A DNA stretch of 64,000 bases from Trueperaceae bacterium. Lineage in GTDB: Bacteria; Deinococcota; Deinococci; Deinococcales; Trueperaceae. Of this stretch, positions 8,606 through 19,310 are shown piece by piece. How positions within the stretch are numbered: the stretch's first letter is position 1; the number at the start of each line of letters is the position of its first letter. A model generated the notes under the pieces. It saw only the letters and a list, made by a program, of their open reading frames with translations, was not told where the DNA came from and searched no databases. A program made the position numbers and the translations under genes. The DNA lies in contig OZ243913.1 in assembly GCA_965213705.1 (NCBI GenBank), positions 1,568,001 through 1,632,000 of the forward strand, written 5' to 3'.

Positions 8606-9445
8606 CTAGCGGAGTTGCTCGAGCACGTCCGCGCCCAACTCACGCCCGAGCGCGACAGCCTCGGCCGCTTCGCCGACGACCTCGGCCTGGACCGAGAGCG
8701 CCCTGCTGTTGTCGGCCACCGCGCCGAACAGGGTCAGTTCGCCGTCGCTCGTGACCGTGGCGAGCGTGCCGACCGCGTACCGGTCGTGGCCCTCGAACAC
8801 GGCGGCGAAGCTGCGCTCGGCTACAGCGCGGTCAAAGCTCGGGCGGTGTTGGAGGCTGTAGGCGAGTTCGTAAGCCATGTCGTCGCTTTCTTGAACGACC
8901 AAGCCGGTACTGCCCTGGCCGGGCGCGGGCGGAAACAGGTCGGGCTCGAGCAGCGCGTCCGCCGCCGCGCGCCGCCCGAGTTCGCTCAGGTGCGCGCCGG
9001 GCACGAGCAGCGCGTGGACGCGCCCGGCAGCGAGTTCGGCCAGTTGCGCGTCCAAGTTACCGGTGAGGACTTGGGGCTGCAAGTCGGCCCTGGCCGCGCA
9101 CACGAAAGAATAGTCGCGTTCGCCCTGAACCCCCACGGCGGCGTTCGGCGGCAGCTCGGCGAGCGCGGCTTGGCCTTTGGTGAGCAGCGCAGTCCTGGGC
9201 TCGAGCCGCTTCGTCACCGCGACCAGCGCCACGCCTTCGGGCAGAACGAGCGGCAGGGTTGCTAGGTCGAACAGCGCGACACCGACCTGACCCCTGGAGA
9301 GAGCGCTCAGGAGTTCGGCGTCGCTTAAAAAGGTGCGTTGGTTAAACTGAACGTCGGGCCATTCTGTCGTGAGGTCGGCGAGGACGGTGCGCGTTTGGGC
9401 TACGGCCACAGCGCTGCCCCGACCCCCTAAAACGATTCTTGCCAT
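8606..9445 (-). CDS. HemC (porphobilinogen deaminase)-like protein with degenerate active site
   Basis: GGRGSAVAVAQ, PAPGQG and AERSF are retained; catalytic motifs are substituted. Confidence 0.75.
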   Translation of the reverse strand: MARIVLGGRGSAVAVAQTRTVLADLTTEWPDVQFNQRTFLSDAELLSALSRGQVGVALFDLATLPLVLPEGVALVAVTKRLEPRTALLTKGQAALAELPPNAAVGVQGERDYSFVCAARADLQPQVLTGNLDAQLAELAAGRVHALLVPGAHLSELGRRAAADALLEPDLFPPAPGQGSTGLVVQESDDMAYELAYSLQHRPSFDRAVAERSFAAVFEGHDRYAVGTLATVTSDGELTLFGAVADNSRALSVQAEVVGEAAEAVALGRELGADVLEQLR

Positions 9446-9482
9446 ACCTAAAGTTTACCCTCCCTCAAAATTTTGCCTTGTG

Positions 9483-10652
9483 TCACTTGCTCGCGGCCGC
9501 TCGCAACGCCGCGCCGCGGTCGGTCGCCTCCCACGGAAAACCCTCACGCCCGAAGTGTCCGTAGGAGCTGGTCGCCTTGTAGATGGGTCTACGCAAGTCG
9601 AGCTGTTCGATAATCGCCGCGGGCCGCGCGTCGAAAACCTCGTGAACGAGTTTGCTCAACGTCTCATCGCCAACTTGCGACGTGCCGAAACTGTCGACGT
9701 ACATCCCGACCGGCCGTGCTACCCCGATGGCGTAGGCGAGCTGCACCTGACAGCGCTCGGCCAGCCCCGCCGCGACGACGTTTTTAGCGATGTAGCGGGC
9801 GTAGTACGCGCCGCTCCGGTCGACCTTGGTCGGGTCCTTGCCGCTGAACGCGCCGCCGCCGTGGGGCGCTGCGCCGCCGTAGGTGTCGACGATGATTTTG
9901 CGCCCGGTGAGCCCGGCGTCGCCCTGCGGCCCGCCGATGACGAAGCGGCCGGTCGGGTTGACGTAGAACTTGGTCGCTTCGCTCAGGTAGTGTTCGGGGA
10001 TAACCGCGCACACGACTTCGCGGATGAGGTCGTCGCGCAAGCGCTCTTGGTCGACCTCCGGGTGGTGCTGCGCCGACAGCACGACGGCGCTGACGCCGGT
10101 CGGGGTCGCGCCGTCGTAAGAAACGGTCACTTGCGCTTTGCCGTCGGGGCGCAGGTACTCGAGCACCCCGGTTTTACGCACCTCCGCCAAACGCTGCGTT
10201 ATCTTGTGTGCCAGCGTGATGGGCAGCGGCATCAGTTCGGGCGTCTCCCGCGTCGCGTAGCCGAACATCAGCCCTTGGTCGCCCGCGCCGGTGCGGTCGT
10301 AGCGGTCGCCCGAGGCAGCCTCGAGCGCGCTACTCACCCCCTGCGCGATGTCGGGCGACTGCTCGTTGATGGCGACCAGCACCGCGCTGTGGTCGGCGTC
10401 GAAGCCGTAGTCGCTGTTCGTATAGCCGACCTCGCGCACCGTCTCGCGCACCAGCGCTTGAACGTCCACGTACCCCGTCGTGGTGATTTCACCGGTGACG
10501 AGCGCCAAACCGGTGCAAAGCAGCGTTTCCGCCGCCACCCGCGCCTGCGGGTCGAGCGCCAAAAGTGCGTCCAACACGCTGTCGCTGATGCGGTCGGCAA
10601 GCTTGTCCGGGTGGCCTTCGGTGACCGATTCGGCCGAGATGAGCTTAAACAT
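9483..10652 (-). CDS. metK: S-adenosylmethionine synthetase
   Basis: [25 protein letters not shown]. Confidence 0.98.
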   Translation of the reverse strand: MFKLISAESVTEGHPDKLADRISDSVLDALLALDPQARVAAETLLCTGLALVTGEITTTGYVDVQALVRETVREVGYTNSDYGFDADHSAVLVAINEQSPDIAQGVSSALEAASGDRYDRTGAGDQGLMFGYATRETPELMPLPITLAHKITQRLAEVRKTGVLEYLRPDGKAQVTVSYDGATPTGVSAVVLSAQHHPEVDQERLRDDLIREVVCAVIPEHYLSEATKFYVNPTGRFVIGGPQGDAGLTGRKIIVDTYGGAAPHGGGAFSGKDPTKVDRSGAYYARYIAKNVVAAGLAERCQVQLAYAIGVARPVGMYVDSFGTSQVGDETLSKLVHEVFDARPAAIIEQLDLRRPIYKATSSYGHFGREGFPWEATDRGAALRAAASK

Positions 10653-10803
10653 GATGGCCTCCAGGCCGTGAGAGATGATGACTACAGCTCACAGGACGAG
10701 CGTTGGCCCGAACTGGCCGTCGGTTATTGTGGCACATCGGCTTTGCCAACGTCTCAGTACCATAAACTAATCCTCGAGGTCAGAACTTCAAGAGGTCGTT
10801 GAA

Positions 10804-11352
10804 ATGGGTCTGCTGGTCGCTTTGAGTTTTACAGCCGAAGACAGTGCAGCCAAAGCTGTTTTGTCAGAACTCTCGAGTTTGGCCGAACCGTACGAGTACA
10901 AGTTGTATTTGGGAATTCCACCCAAAGAGCAACACATGTGGGACATGACCGACGGACTCCAACAGCTTGCCGACCTCAGAGGCTGGAATACAATCATCTT
11001 GGTCTATACCTATAACGACCAGGGTTTACCCTTCGCTCGGAATATCAACGAGGAATTTAACGAGTTTCGTTTGGGCAGGGGAGGACCGCCTGTTTTCTTG
11101 AACTTTTTAGAAGAGGCGAACCAAATCTTGGCTGACCGGTTGAAAAGCTATACAGTCTCTTTCTCCGACGAGTGGCCGAAAGACACGGATATTAGGCTCT
11201 ACGAAGGTTCCCTCACCGAACTTCTGACGCTTTTAAAAGGACCGGGCGGTTGGATGATTGAGGTTTTCAACCCTGCCCAACAGATATACCGCATAAAGGA
11301 TGAGTGGCCGTTGGTTTTCACTGTTCACGCAACACCTCAAGATTCGCCCTGA
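10804..11352 (+). CDS. Hypothetical protein (lower GC)
   Basis: 182-aa ORF with upstream TAAACT and GAGG; atypical codon usage. Confidence 0.65.
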   Translation: MGLLVALSFTAEDSAAKAVLSELSSLAEPYEYKLYLGIPPKEQHMWDMTDGLQQLADLRGWNTIILVYTYNDQGLPFARNINEEFNEFRLGRGGPPVFLNFLEEANQILADRLKSYTVSFSDEWPKDTDIRLYEGSLTELLTLLKGPGGWMIEVFNPAQQIYRIKDEWPLVFTVHATPQDSP

Positions 11353-11357
11353 CGTTT

Positions 11358-11873
11358 TCAATCCAGTAAAACTTCCCCCTCGCTCAAGTCGTCGAACCGG
11401 TCGGCCAGGTCGAGCAATCCCTGGCTCGCCGTCGCCCGAAAGGCCAGCACTTCTACCCGGCAACCCCGCGCTTGGGCCAAGTCGAGCAGCGGCACGAAGT
11501 CACCGTCGCCGCTCGCTAGAACGACGACCTCGAGCCCATCCCAACTCCGCACGATGTCGGCGGCGATGCCCATGTCCCAGTCGCCGTCGATGACCAGCTC
11601 GCCGCTGTCCGAGCGGCGCTCGACACTTTTCTTGCGGCGCACCCGGTAACCCAGGCTTGACAATTTGGTTATAAACCCGAACGCGGCCGACTCGCCCTCA
11701 CGCTCGACCACGTAGGCGGTCGCGCTCGCGAGGCGGCGGCCCCGCAGCGCGACGTGCAAGAGTTTTTCGTAGTCCACCCGGCTCCCGAACTCTTGCCGGG
11801 CGGCGTAATAGAGGTTTTGCGTGTCGACGAACAGCCCGACGCGCTGCTCCGGCCACTCGCCCGGATTGGTCAC
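11358..11873 (-). CDS. NYN/LabA (DUF88) PIN-like nuclease
   Basis: FVDTQNL, DWDMG, LASGDGDFVPL. Confidence 0.9.
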   Translation of the reverse strand: MTNPGEWPEQRVGLFVDTQNLYYAARQEFGSRVDYEKLLHVALRGRRLASATAYVVEREGESAAFGFITKLSSLGYRVRRKKSVERRSDSGELVIDGDWDMGIAADIVRSWDGLEVVVLASGDGDFVPLLDLAQARGCRVEVLAFRATASQGLLDLADRFDDLSEGEVLLD

Positions 11874-12394
11874 GCCTCTCCCAAAAACTTCGCCATGATG
11901 AGGTTGTCCTCAAAACCCTGCTCGAGCCGAATCTGCGCCCGCTCGCGGCCTTCCAAGACGAAACCGTGCTGCTGGTAAAGGTTCACGGCCGCCCCGTTGT
12001 TGGCCCGCACGTTGAGCGAGATTTTCTCGACGCCGACGCGCAGCGCCCAGCGCTCGGCCTCGGCGAGCAGGGCTCCGGCGACGCCCTGACGGCGGCTCGC
12101 CGCTGCCACCGCGAGCGTCAAAACGGCGACGTGCTGCATCTTGGCCGCGGCGAGCCGGTTGAGTTCCAACCAGGCCGCAACCTCGCCCGCCGCCCCAGCC
12201 GCGACAAGATAATGGGACATTTTGGGCTCGAGCGACCTCACCCGCCGCGCTATGGACTCGGCGCTTGGCGGCCCGTTACCGACGAACCAGCGCTCCTCGT
12301 CGTAAATGGCTTTTTGCAAAACGGCCAGCGCCGCCGCGTCTTCCGAAGTGGCGTTGCGAACCCTGAACCGCGTGCGATTCGGCGCTAGAGACAT
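11870..12394 (-). CDS. GNAT acetyltransferase
   Basis: RRQGVAGALL, N..AVNLYQQHGF. Confidence 0.85.
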   Translation of the reverse strand: MSLAPNRTRFRVRNATSEDAAALAVLQKAIYDEERWFVGNGPPSAESIARRVRSLEPKMSHYLVAAGAAGEVAAWLELNRLAAAKMQHVAVLTLAVAAASRRQGVAGALLAEAERWALRVGVEKISLNVRANNGAAVNLYQQHGFVLEGRERAQIRLEQGFEDNLIMAKFLGEA

Positions 12395-12551
12395 GGTCCC
12401 AAGTATAAAGCGCCGTGCTTTCCAAAATCGCGTCGACCTTTCAATCCTACAAACGAGGTTGCCGCGCTCGTCAGCTAGACCTAGGGCTTTTTGACCCTGT
12501 TGGCGGCAACTCCAAAACGAGGCACAGCGAGTAAGTTAGCCCCTATCTTGC

Positions 12552-12592
12552 GCTCCCTTTTTAGGGGAGCTGGCGCGAAGCGACTGAGGGGT
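12552..12592. repeat. REP-like hairpin element
   Basis: GCTCCCTTTTTAGGGGAGC hairpin followed by GCGAAGCGACTGAGGGGT, just past the cysNC stop. Confidence 0.45.
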
Positions 12593-12603
12593 CCGCCCGA
12601 ACC

Positions 12604-14520
12604 CTACCCAACCAACATGTCCCGGCTTCTCAGGTAAGTCACGATTTTCTCGACACACTCCTCGACGCTGTCGCGCTCGGTGTGGAGCGTGATTTCGGGT
12701 TGGCGGGGCGGTTCGTAGGGCGAGTCGATGCCGGTGAAGTTTTTGATGTCGCCGCGCCTAGCTTTAGCGTAGCTGCCCTTGGGGTCGCGCGCTTCGCAGA
12801 CTTCGAGCGGCGTGTCGACGAAAATCTCCACGAACTCGTCTTCGGCGACGAGCCCGCGCACCATTTGGCGGTCGCTCCGAAAGGGCGAAATGAAAGCGGT
12901 CAGGACGATTAAACCGGCGTCGACGAACAGCTTGGCCGTTTCGCCGATGCGGCGGATGTTCTCTTCGCGGTCGGCGTCGGTGAACCCTAAGTCTTTGTTC
13001 AAGCCGTGGCGCACGTTGTCGCCGTCGAGGAGGTAAGAGTGGTGACCGAGTTGGAACAACCTGGCCTCGAGCGCGTTCGAAATCGTCGACTTGCCCGAGC
13101 CGCTAAGTCCCGTAAACCACAGCACGCACGGTTTTTGGCTTTTCTGGTTGGCGCGCGCCTCTTTACTGATTCGGTGCTCGTGCCAAAACACGTTGGTGGA
13201 CTTGTCCGGCATCGTCGTCGCCGAGCCCCTGTGAATTATCCCCGCCCCGACGGTGCCGTTGCTGACGCGGTCGATGAGGATGAAGTTGCCGGTCGATTTC
13301 GAGACGTCGTAGGGGTCGAAGGCGACCTCCTCGGTCAAGGCGAAGCGGCACGAGCCGATTTCGTTGAGTTTGAGCTGCTCTGCCTCGCACTGCTCCAGGG
13401 TGTTGACGTCGGTGCGGTAGTGGACGCGTTCGACGCTGCCCCGCACCGTTTTCGCCCCGAGTTTGACGAGGTATTGCTTGCCCGGCAAGAGCGGCGCGGC
13501 AGCCATCCACACCACCGCCGCGTCGAAGCTCGTGCCCAAGCTCGGCGCGCTGTCGGGGTGAACAAGCATGTCGCCGCGGCCGATGTCGAGTTCGTCCGCC
13601 AGGGTGAGGGTGACGGCTTGGCCCTCGGACGCTTCCCCGAGGTCCCCGTCGTAAGTGACGATAGAGGCAACCTGGCTCGTCTTGCGCGACGGGTACGCCA
13701 TCACCTTGTCGCCCACGGCGACGCGGCCCGCGGCGACGGTGCCGCAGTAGCCGCGAAAGTCGAGGTGCGGGCGGTTGACGTACTGGACGGGGTAGCGAAA
13801 TTCTTGAAAGGCGTCGCGTTTCAGGGGGACGTGCTCGAGCGTCCCCAGCAAACTCTCGCCTTTAAACCAAGGCGTATCGGCGCTCAGCTCCACGACGTTG
13901 TCGCCTTGAAGCGCCGACACGGGAACGAAGCGGAGGTCGGTAAACTCCAGCTCGTTTGCAAACGCTCGGTAGTCGGCCTCTATCTCGTCGAAAACGTCTT
14001 TGTCGAAGCCGACCAAGTCCATCTTGTTGACCGTGACGACGGCGTGTTTGATGCCCAAGAGCGAGACGATGTAGCTGTGGCGCTTTGTCTGCGTCTGTAC
14101 ACCTTTGCGCGCGTCGACCAAAATCACCGCCAAGTCGGCCGTCGACGCGCCGGTCGCCATGTTGCGGGTGTACTGCTCGTGGCCCGGCGTGTCGGCGATG
14201 ATGAATTTACGCGCCTCGGTCGAAAAGTAGCGGTAGGCCACGTCGATGGTGATGCCCTGCTCGCGCTCGGACTGCAAACCGTCGACGAGCAGCGCTAAGT
14301 CGACCTCATCCCCCGTCGTGCCGAACTTCTGGCTGTCGGCGGCAATGGCCTTGAACTGGTCCTCGTAAATCATCTTCGAGTCGTGGAGCAGGCGGCCGAT
14401 GAGCGTGCTCTTGCCGTCGTCGACGCTGCCGCAGGTGATAAAGCGCAAGAGTTCTTTGCGCTCGTGCTGCTGCAAGTAGCTTTGAATGTCGCTGGAAATC
14501 GTCTGAGACTGGTGGGACAT
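12604..14520 (-). CDS. cysNC: Bifunctional sulfate adenylyltransferase subunit 1 / APS kinase
   Basis: [13 protein letters not shown]ase motif, DTPGH, C-terminal [11 protein letters not shown] and [10 protein letters not shown]. Confidence 0.97.
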   Translation of the reverse strand: MSHQSQTISSDIQSYLQQHERKELLRFITCGSVDDGKSTLIGRLLHDSKMIYEDQFKAIAADSQKFGTTGDEVDLALLVDGLQSEREQGITIDVAYRYFSTEARKFIIADTPGHEQYTRNMATGASTADLAVILVDARKGVQTQTKRHSYIVSLLGIKHAVVTVNKMDLVGFDKDVFDEIEADYRAFANELEFTDLRFVPVSALQGDNVVELSADTPWFKGESLLGTLEHVPLKRDAFQEFRYPVQYVNRPHLDFRGYCGTVAAGRVAVGDKVMAYPSRKTSQVASIVTYDGDLGEASEGQAVTLTLADELDIGRGDMLVHPDSAPSLGTSFDAAVVWMAAAPLLPGKQYLVKLGAKTVRGSVERVHYRTDVNTLEQCEAEQLKLNEIGSCRFALTEEVAFDPYDVSKSTGNFILIDRVSNGTVGAGIIHRGSATTMPDKSTNVFWHEHRISKEARANQKSQKPCVLWFTGLSGSGKSTISNALEARLFQLGHHSYLLDGDNVRHGLNKDLGFTDADREENIRRIGETAKLFVDAGLIVLTAFISPFRSDRQMVRGLVAEDEFVEIFVDTPLEVCEARDPKGSYAKARRGDIKNFTGIDSPYEPPRQPEITLHTERDSVEECVEKIVTYLRSRDMLVG

Positions 14521-15419
14521 TAAAAATACCCTTGCCGTTTCTTTTCTTCCATCGACCCGGCCTGGTCGAAGTCGATGACGCGGCCCTGGCGCTCCGAACT
14601 TTTGGCGAGGAGCATTTCTTGGATGATTTCAGGCAGCGTGGTCGCGTGTGAGTCCACCGCCCCGCTCAAGGGGTAGCAGCCGAGCGTGCGAAAGCGCACC
14701 CACTCGAGCCTCGGGCTCTCGCCTTCTTTGAGCGGCATCCGCTCGTCGTCGACCATGATTTTCACGCCGTCCCGCTCGACGACGGGGCGCGCGGCAGCGA
14801 AGTAAAGCGGCACAATCGGAATGTCTTCCAAGTAAACGTACTGCCACACGTCGAGTTCGGTCCAGTTCGACAGCGGGAACACGCGGATGCTCTCGCCCTT
14901 GTTCACGCGGCCGTTGTAGAGGTTCCACAGTTCCGGGCGCTGGTTTTTGGGGTCCCAGCGGTGAGCGGCGTCGCGGAACGAATACACACGCTCTTTGGCT
15001 CGAGACTTTTCCTCGTCGCGCCGCGCCCCGCCGAAGGCGGCGTCGAACCCGTATTTGTTCAGCGCCTGCTTCAGGGCCTCGGTTTTCATGATTTCGGTGT
15101 GAACTTTGCTGCCGTGGCTGAACGGGTTAACGCCTTGCGCCACGCCCTCTTCGTTGATGTGGACAATTAAGTCCAGTCCGAGGCGCGCGGCGGTCTCGTC
15201 TCTGAACGCAATCATCTCTTTGAACTTCCAGGTCGTGTCGACGTGCAAGAACCGAAAGGGCGGTTTGGCCGGGTAGAACGCTTTCAGCGCCAGGTGCAGC
15301 ATCACCGAAGAATCCTTGCCGATGGAGTAAAGCATGACCGGGTTTTCGAACTCGGCGGCGACCTCGCGGATGATGTGAATGCTCTCGGCCTCGAGCTGTT
15401 GCAAGTGGGTGGACTTCAT
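14520..15419 (-). CDS. cysD: Sulfate adenylyltransferase subunit 2
   Basis: True start ATG 15419 overlaps cysQ stop; [33 protein letters not shown]. Confidence 0.97.
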   Translation of the reverse strand: MKSTHLQQLEAESIHIIREVAAEFENPVMLYSIGKDSSVMLHLALKAFYPAKPPFRFLHVDTTWKFKEMIAFRDETAARLGLDLIVHINEEGVAQGVNPFSHGSKVHTEIMKTEALKQALNKYGFDAAFGGARRDEEKSRAKERVYSFRDAAHRWDPKNQRPELWNLYNGRVNKGESIRVFPLSNWTELDVWQYVYLEDIPIVPLYFAAARPVVERDGVKIMVDDERMPLKEGESPRLEWVRFRTLGCYPLSGAVDSHATTLPEIIQEMLLAKSSERQGRVIDFDQAGSMEEKKRQGYF

Positions 15420-16195
15420 TGACGACCTTTCGGCGCGTGCTCGAGAAAGCGCGTGGTGGGCTCGGCGCTGACGAGAAAGTGCGGGTTGAGGAGCGACGCT
15501 TTGGTGTTGTAGCGCAGCGGCGCGCCGGTCTCGAGATTGTAGACCATCCCGCCCGCCGCCTCGACGATGCACTGCGCCGCCGCCGTGTCCCATTCGGAGG
15601 TGGGGCCGAAACGCGGGTACAGGTGGGCTTGGCCCGCGGCGACGAGGCAGAACTTTAGCGAACTGCCCATCGTCACGGTCTCAACCTCGCCGAGTTGGAT
15701 TATGAACGTCTCGAAATCCTCGCTGCCGTGCGAGCGGCTGCCTGCCACCGTCCAAACGCCGCCCTCCGCGGGAAAACTTAGGGGCTCGAGCCGCCGTTCG
15801 CCGTCGTCCTGCCAAGCGCCCTCGTCCTTTACGCCCCAGTAGAGCGTGCCCAACACGGGCGCGTACACCACGCCTAAAACCGGCACGTGGTCCTCGATAA
15901 GTGCGATGTTGACGGTAAACTCCCCGTTGCGCTTGACGAACTCCTTGGTGCCGTCGAGCGGGTCGACGAGCCAGTAGCGCCGCCAAGAACGCCGCGTTTC
16001 CCAGGGCAGCGCCGCCGACTCTTCGGACAACACGGGGGTGTCCGGCGTGAGCGCTGTCAAAGCCTCGGTAATCAGCGCGTGCGACGCCAAGTCGGCCTCG
16101 GTCAGCGGGCTCTCGTCCGCTTTTTCGTAAACGCTGAAGTCTTGCGCGTAAACCTTCATGATGGCGTCACCGGCGCGGCGGGCAATGGTAAGCAC
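15416..16195 (-). CDS. cysQ: 3'(2'),5'-bisphosphate nucleotidase
   Basis: [28 protein letters not shown]; may start at ATA 16216. Confidence 0.95.
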   Translation of the reverse strand: MLTIARRAGDAIMKVYAQDFSVYEKADESPLTEADLASHALITEALTALTPDTPVLSEESAALPWETRRSWRRYWLVDPLDGTKEFVKRNGEFTVNIALIEDHVPVLGVVYAPVLGTLYWGVKDEGAWQDDGERRLEPLSFPAEGGVWTVAGSRSHGSEDFETFIIQLGEVETVTMGSSLKFCLVAAGQAHLYPRFGPTSEWDTAAAQCIVEAAGGMVYNLETGAPLRYNTKASLLNPHFLVSAEPTTRFLEHAPKGRQ

Positions 16196-16464
16196 GGGCT
16201 TTACCAGGTGATTTATGACCGTCTCCGAACGTTAAAAGGCGCGTTGCCGCAGCGTCGTAGCGGTCCTGCCGAAAAAAGCTGAGGTTCAATCATCCAAGGC
16301 TCACTTCTCGTCGTTGATAACTGAGGCGTAACGGGTCCCGGCTTGCTGTGACAAACTCAAATCACCTATGACTCCAAAGTTTACTCGAGTCCGGCAAAAA
16401 TGGCTGTGAGCCGCCCACTGCAGGGACGCTGCCCGATGTTTCTACAAGTCACAAGCTACGAGCC

Positions 16465-16692
16465 CTACTCCGCAACCTTCCGCAGCGAAAAACTCACCCG
16501 GATGTCGTCGCTGTTTTCCTCGGGATAATTCTGGTCCATCGCGGCGACCCGGTAGCGCGCTCCTTGCCACTCGACGACGCCGTCTTTGGCTAAGAAAGCT
16601 TTTTCGAACGTTTCATACTGCGCCTCGCTGAGTTCGTCGCCTTGTACTTCTAAATGCTCGTTTTGAGTAAGATCATCTTGAATCATGCTCAC
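16465..16692 (-). CDS. Small acidic hypothetical protein
   Basis: 75-aa ORF with TAAACT a few nt upstream of the start. Confidence 0.6.
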   Translation of the reverse strand: MSMIQDDLTQNEHLEVQGDELSEAQYETFEKAFLAKDGVVEWQGARYRVAAMDQNYPEENSDDIRVSFSLRKVAE

Positions 16693-16774
16693 AGTTTAGC
16701 CTTAAAAGTTTGCCGACAACATTTGGATAGACCTTGAGGCCCCCCGCATCTAAACTATAAGTCGGAGTGAAAGC

Positions 16775-17842
16775 ATGACAGCAACCGACTCAACCTCAAA
16801 GACCGAGCAAAACTACTGGCGAGCGGTGACGGCTCGAGATACCACCCACGACGGCAGCTTCGTTTACGCGGTGAAAACAACCGGCATCTACTGCCGCCCC
16901 TCGTGCGCGTCCCGCAAACCCAAGCGGGAAAACGTCACCTTTTTCAGACTGCCCGAACTGGCCGAGCGAGCGGGCTACCGGGCCTGTAAGCGTTGCCGCC
17001 CTACCGACAAACTCGACCCGCAGCTCGAGACCATGCAAGCGCTGTGCCGCTACATCGAAGCGAACAAAGAGCGTTCCCTCACGCTTGTCGAACTCGGGCA
17101 ACAGGTCGGCCTTAGCGCCTCGCACCTGCAGCGCACTTTCAAAAAGACGGTCGGTGTGACGCCGCAGGCCTACCTCGAGGCTTGCCGCCTGAACGCGGTC
17201 AAAGCCGCCCTGCACCAAGGCGACGACATCAGCGGGGCTACCTTTGAAGCGGGTTACGGCTCCTCGAGCGGTCTTTACGGTAAGGCGGACGCCGCCCTCG
17301 GCATGACGCCTAAAACGTACCAACGCAAGGGTGAGCAGGTTGCGATTTATTACGCCGTCACGGATTGTTCTTTGGGGAAACTGCTCGTCGCCGCGACCGA
17401 GAGGGGGATTTGCGCGGTGCGTTTGGGGGATGAGGAAGAGGGGCTCGAGCAAGAACTTTTCGAGGAGTTTGCCAAGGCGGACGTTCGGCGTGACGAGGTG
17501 GCGCTTGCAGATTGGCTTACCGCCGTCTTAGCACACCTGAAAGGCCAAGCCCCGCACCTGGACTTGCCCCTTGACGTGCGTGCGACCGCCTTCCAAAAGC
17601 GCGTGTGGCAGGCGTTGCAAGAAATTCCTTACGGCGAAACGCGCTCTTATGGGCAAGTGGCTGAGGCTATCGGGCAACCGTCGGCAGTGCGGGCAGTGGC
17701 GGGGGCTTGCGCTGCAAACCCGACCGCGCTCGTCGTACCCTGCCACCGGGTCGTGCGGAGTGACGGGAATTTGAGCGGCTACCGCTGGGGCGTGGAGCGA
17801 AAACAAAAGTTGTTAGAGCAAGAGCAAAGTGCCGCCTCGTGA
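16775..17842 (+). CDS. ada: Bifunctional transcriptional activator / O6-methylguanine methyltransferase
   Basis: CRPSC and RACKRC Zn site, AraC HTH, VPCHRV. Confidence 0.95.
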   Translation: MTATDSTSKTEQNYWRAVTARDTTHDGSFVYAVKTTGIYCRPSCASRKPKRENVTFFRLPELAERAGYRACKRCRPTDKLDPQLETMQALCRYIEANKERSLTLVELGQQVGLSASHLQRTFKKTVGVTPQAYLEACRLNAVKAALHQGDDISGATFEAGYGSSSGLYGKADAALGMTPKTYQRKGEQVAIYYAVTDCSLGKLLVAATERGICAVRLGDEEEGLEQELFEEFAKADVRRDEVALADWLTAVLAHLKGQAPHLDLPLDVRATAFQKRVWQALQEIPYGETRSYGQVAEAIGQPSAVRAVAGACAANPTALVVPCHRVVRSDGNLSGYRWGVERKQKLLEQEQSAAS

Positions 17843-17923
17843 CCGTCAGAGGGAAGCGGCTCGTGACTTAACCCCGTCTCGGCGCTGACGCTGTTCCCTT
17901 CGACCCAAGCGTAAGCTCGCCCG

Positions 17924-18850
17924 GTGACTTCCGTTTCCGCTTCGCCCGCTAATCGCCTCGGCGTCGGTCTGGCGCTGCTGGCGCTCTACCTCGTGTGGGG
18001 CTCGACGTATCTTGCCAATACCCTCGCCCTCGAGACCCTTTCGCCCTTTCCGCTGCTGGCTTTTCGCTTTTTGATGGCGGGCGGCTTGCTGTACGGCTTC
18101 TTACGACTGCGCGGCGTGCCGCAGCCGAGCCGCGCCGAGTGGCGGGGTGCAGGACTTACGGGAATCCTGCTCCTCAACTTAGGCCTCGGCATGGTGGTTT
18201 ACGCGCAGCAGTGGGTGGCCTCGAGCTTGGCCGCCGTCATCGTCGCGACCATGCCCCTGTGGCTCGCCCTGTTCGCGCGGCTGTTCGGGGCGCGTACGAG
18301 TTTGGCCGAAGTGTTCGGGATGCTGCTCGGTTTGGTCGGCGTCGCGCTGCTGAACGGGGAGCAGGACTTGCGTGCTCACCCTGGCGCGTTGTTGGTCTTC
18401 GTCGGGCCGGTTGCCTGGGCGTTCGGGTCGGCGTACAGCCGCAAGCTCACGCAGCCCAAGGGTTTGATGGCGAGCGCGGTGCAGATGCTCGCCGCGGGCG
18501 CGGTGTTCGTGCCGCTGGCTTTGCTTCAGGGTGAGCTTTTGCCCAAAACACCGTCTGCTACTTCGCTGTTGGCCCTCGTTTACCTGATTTTTTTCGGCTC
18601 CATCGTCGCTTACAGCGCCTACCTGTACTTGCTCGAGCAGCGCGTGAGTCCGGCCCTGGCGACGAGCTACGCTTACGTCAACCCGGTCGTCGCCGTTTTG
18701 CTGGGCGTGGGTTTGGCGGGGGAGACGGTTAGCGCGAACGGTTACCTGGGCATGGGCGTCATCCTGGCGGGCGTGGTGCTGGTAGTGACTTTAAGGGCGT
18801 GGCAAGGCAAAAAAAGAGGGACCGCAGCGAGCGGCCCCAGCGGCGTCTAA
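17924..18850 (+). CDS. EamA/DMT transporter (YedA-like)
   Basis: YLVWGSTY, FGSIVAYSAY, YAYVNPVVA. Confidence 0.9.
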   Translation: MTSVSASPANRLGVGLALLALYLVWGSTYLANTLALETLSPFPLLAFRFLMAGGLLYGFLRLRGVPQPSRAEWRGAGLTGILLLNLGLGMVVYAQQWVASSLAAVIVATMPLWLALFARLFGARTSLAEVFGMLLGLVGVALLNGEQDLRAHPGALLVFVGPVAWAFGSAYSRKLTQPKGLMASAVQMLAAGAVFVPLALLQGELLPKTPSATSLLALVYLIFFGSIVAYSAYLYLLEQRVSPALATSYAYVNPVVAVLLGVGLAGETVSANGYLGMGVILAGVVLVVTLRAWQGKKRGTAASGPSGV

Positions 18851-18854
18851 CGGT

Positions 18855-19310
18855 TTATTCCGTTTCGGCTGTCACAACCGGGCCGGTCATACCTGCGTGG
18901 ACGGTGCAGCGGTACACAACCAAAGCCGCCGCCAGTTCCGGCGTGACGGTAAAAGTGATGCCGTCGTCCGTCGCCTCAAACATGACGGCTTCGTCCTCCT
19001 CGAAGGTGCCGGGCGAGCCGCCTTGGGTCAACAACCGGGCGTCGTCTTCGCCCCGAAACTCGAAGGGATGAACCTCGCTGTTCACGTTGCTCAGGTCGAA
19101 GTGATAGCGCGTTCCGACCGTGAGGGTGAGGGTCGGGTTGTCGGCCTCGACTGCAACTTCGGCGTCGGCGGCGGTCACTTTCCAGGCGCTCGCGCCGACA
19201 TTTTGCAGGGTGACGTTCACGATTTCGTCGCTCGTTTCGGTTTGGGCGCAGGCCGAGGTGAGCGTGACCAAGACGACGAGTAAAATGGGCAGGACTTTTT
19301 TGATGTTCAT
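18855..19310 (-). CDS. Cupredoxin-like lipoprotein
   Basis: Lipobox TSAC; H(PF) plus YRCTVHAGM type-1 copper ligand pattern. Confidence 0.7.
   Translation of the reverse strand: MNIKKVLPILLVVLVTLTSACAQTETSDEIVNVTLQNVGASAWKVTAADAEVAVEADNPTLTLTVGTRYHFDLSNVNSEVHPFEFRGEDDARLLTQGGSPGTFEEDEAVMFEATDDGITFTVTPELAAALVVYRCTVHAGMTGPVVTAETE

Noticed and set aside
9369..10802. Long antisense or overlapping ORFs (9369-10802, 13006-14298, 39350-40594, 34872-36143 and others)
   Set aside because: Shadow ORFs of high-GC coding regions with no motifs
16286..16324. SAM-I riboswitch upstream of cysQ (TTATC...GATGA)
   Set aside because: Only about 20 nt between the P1 strands; no P2-P4 core
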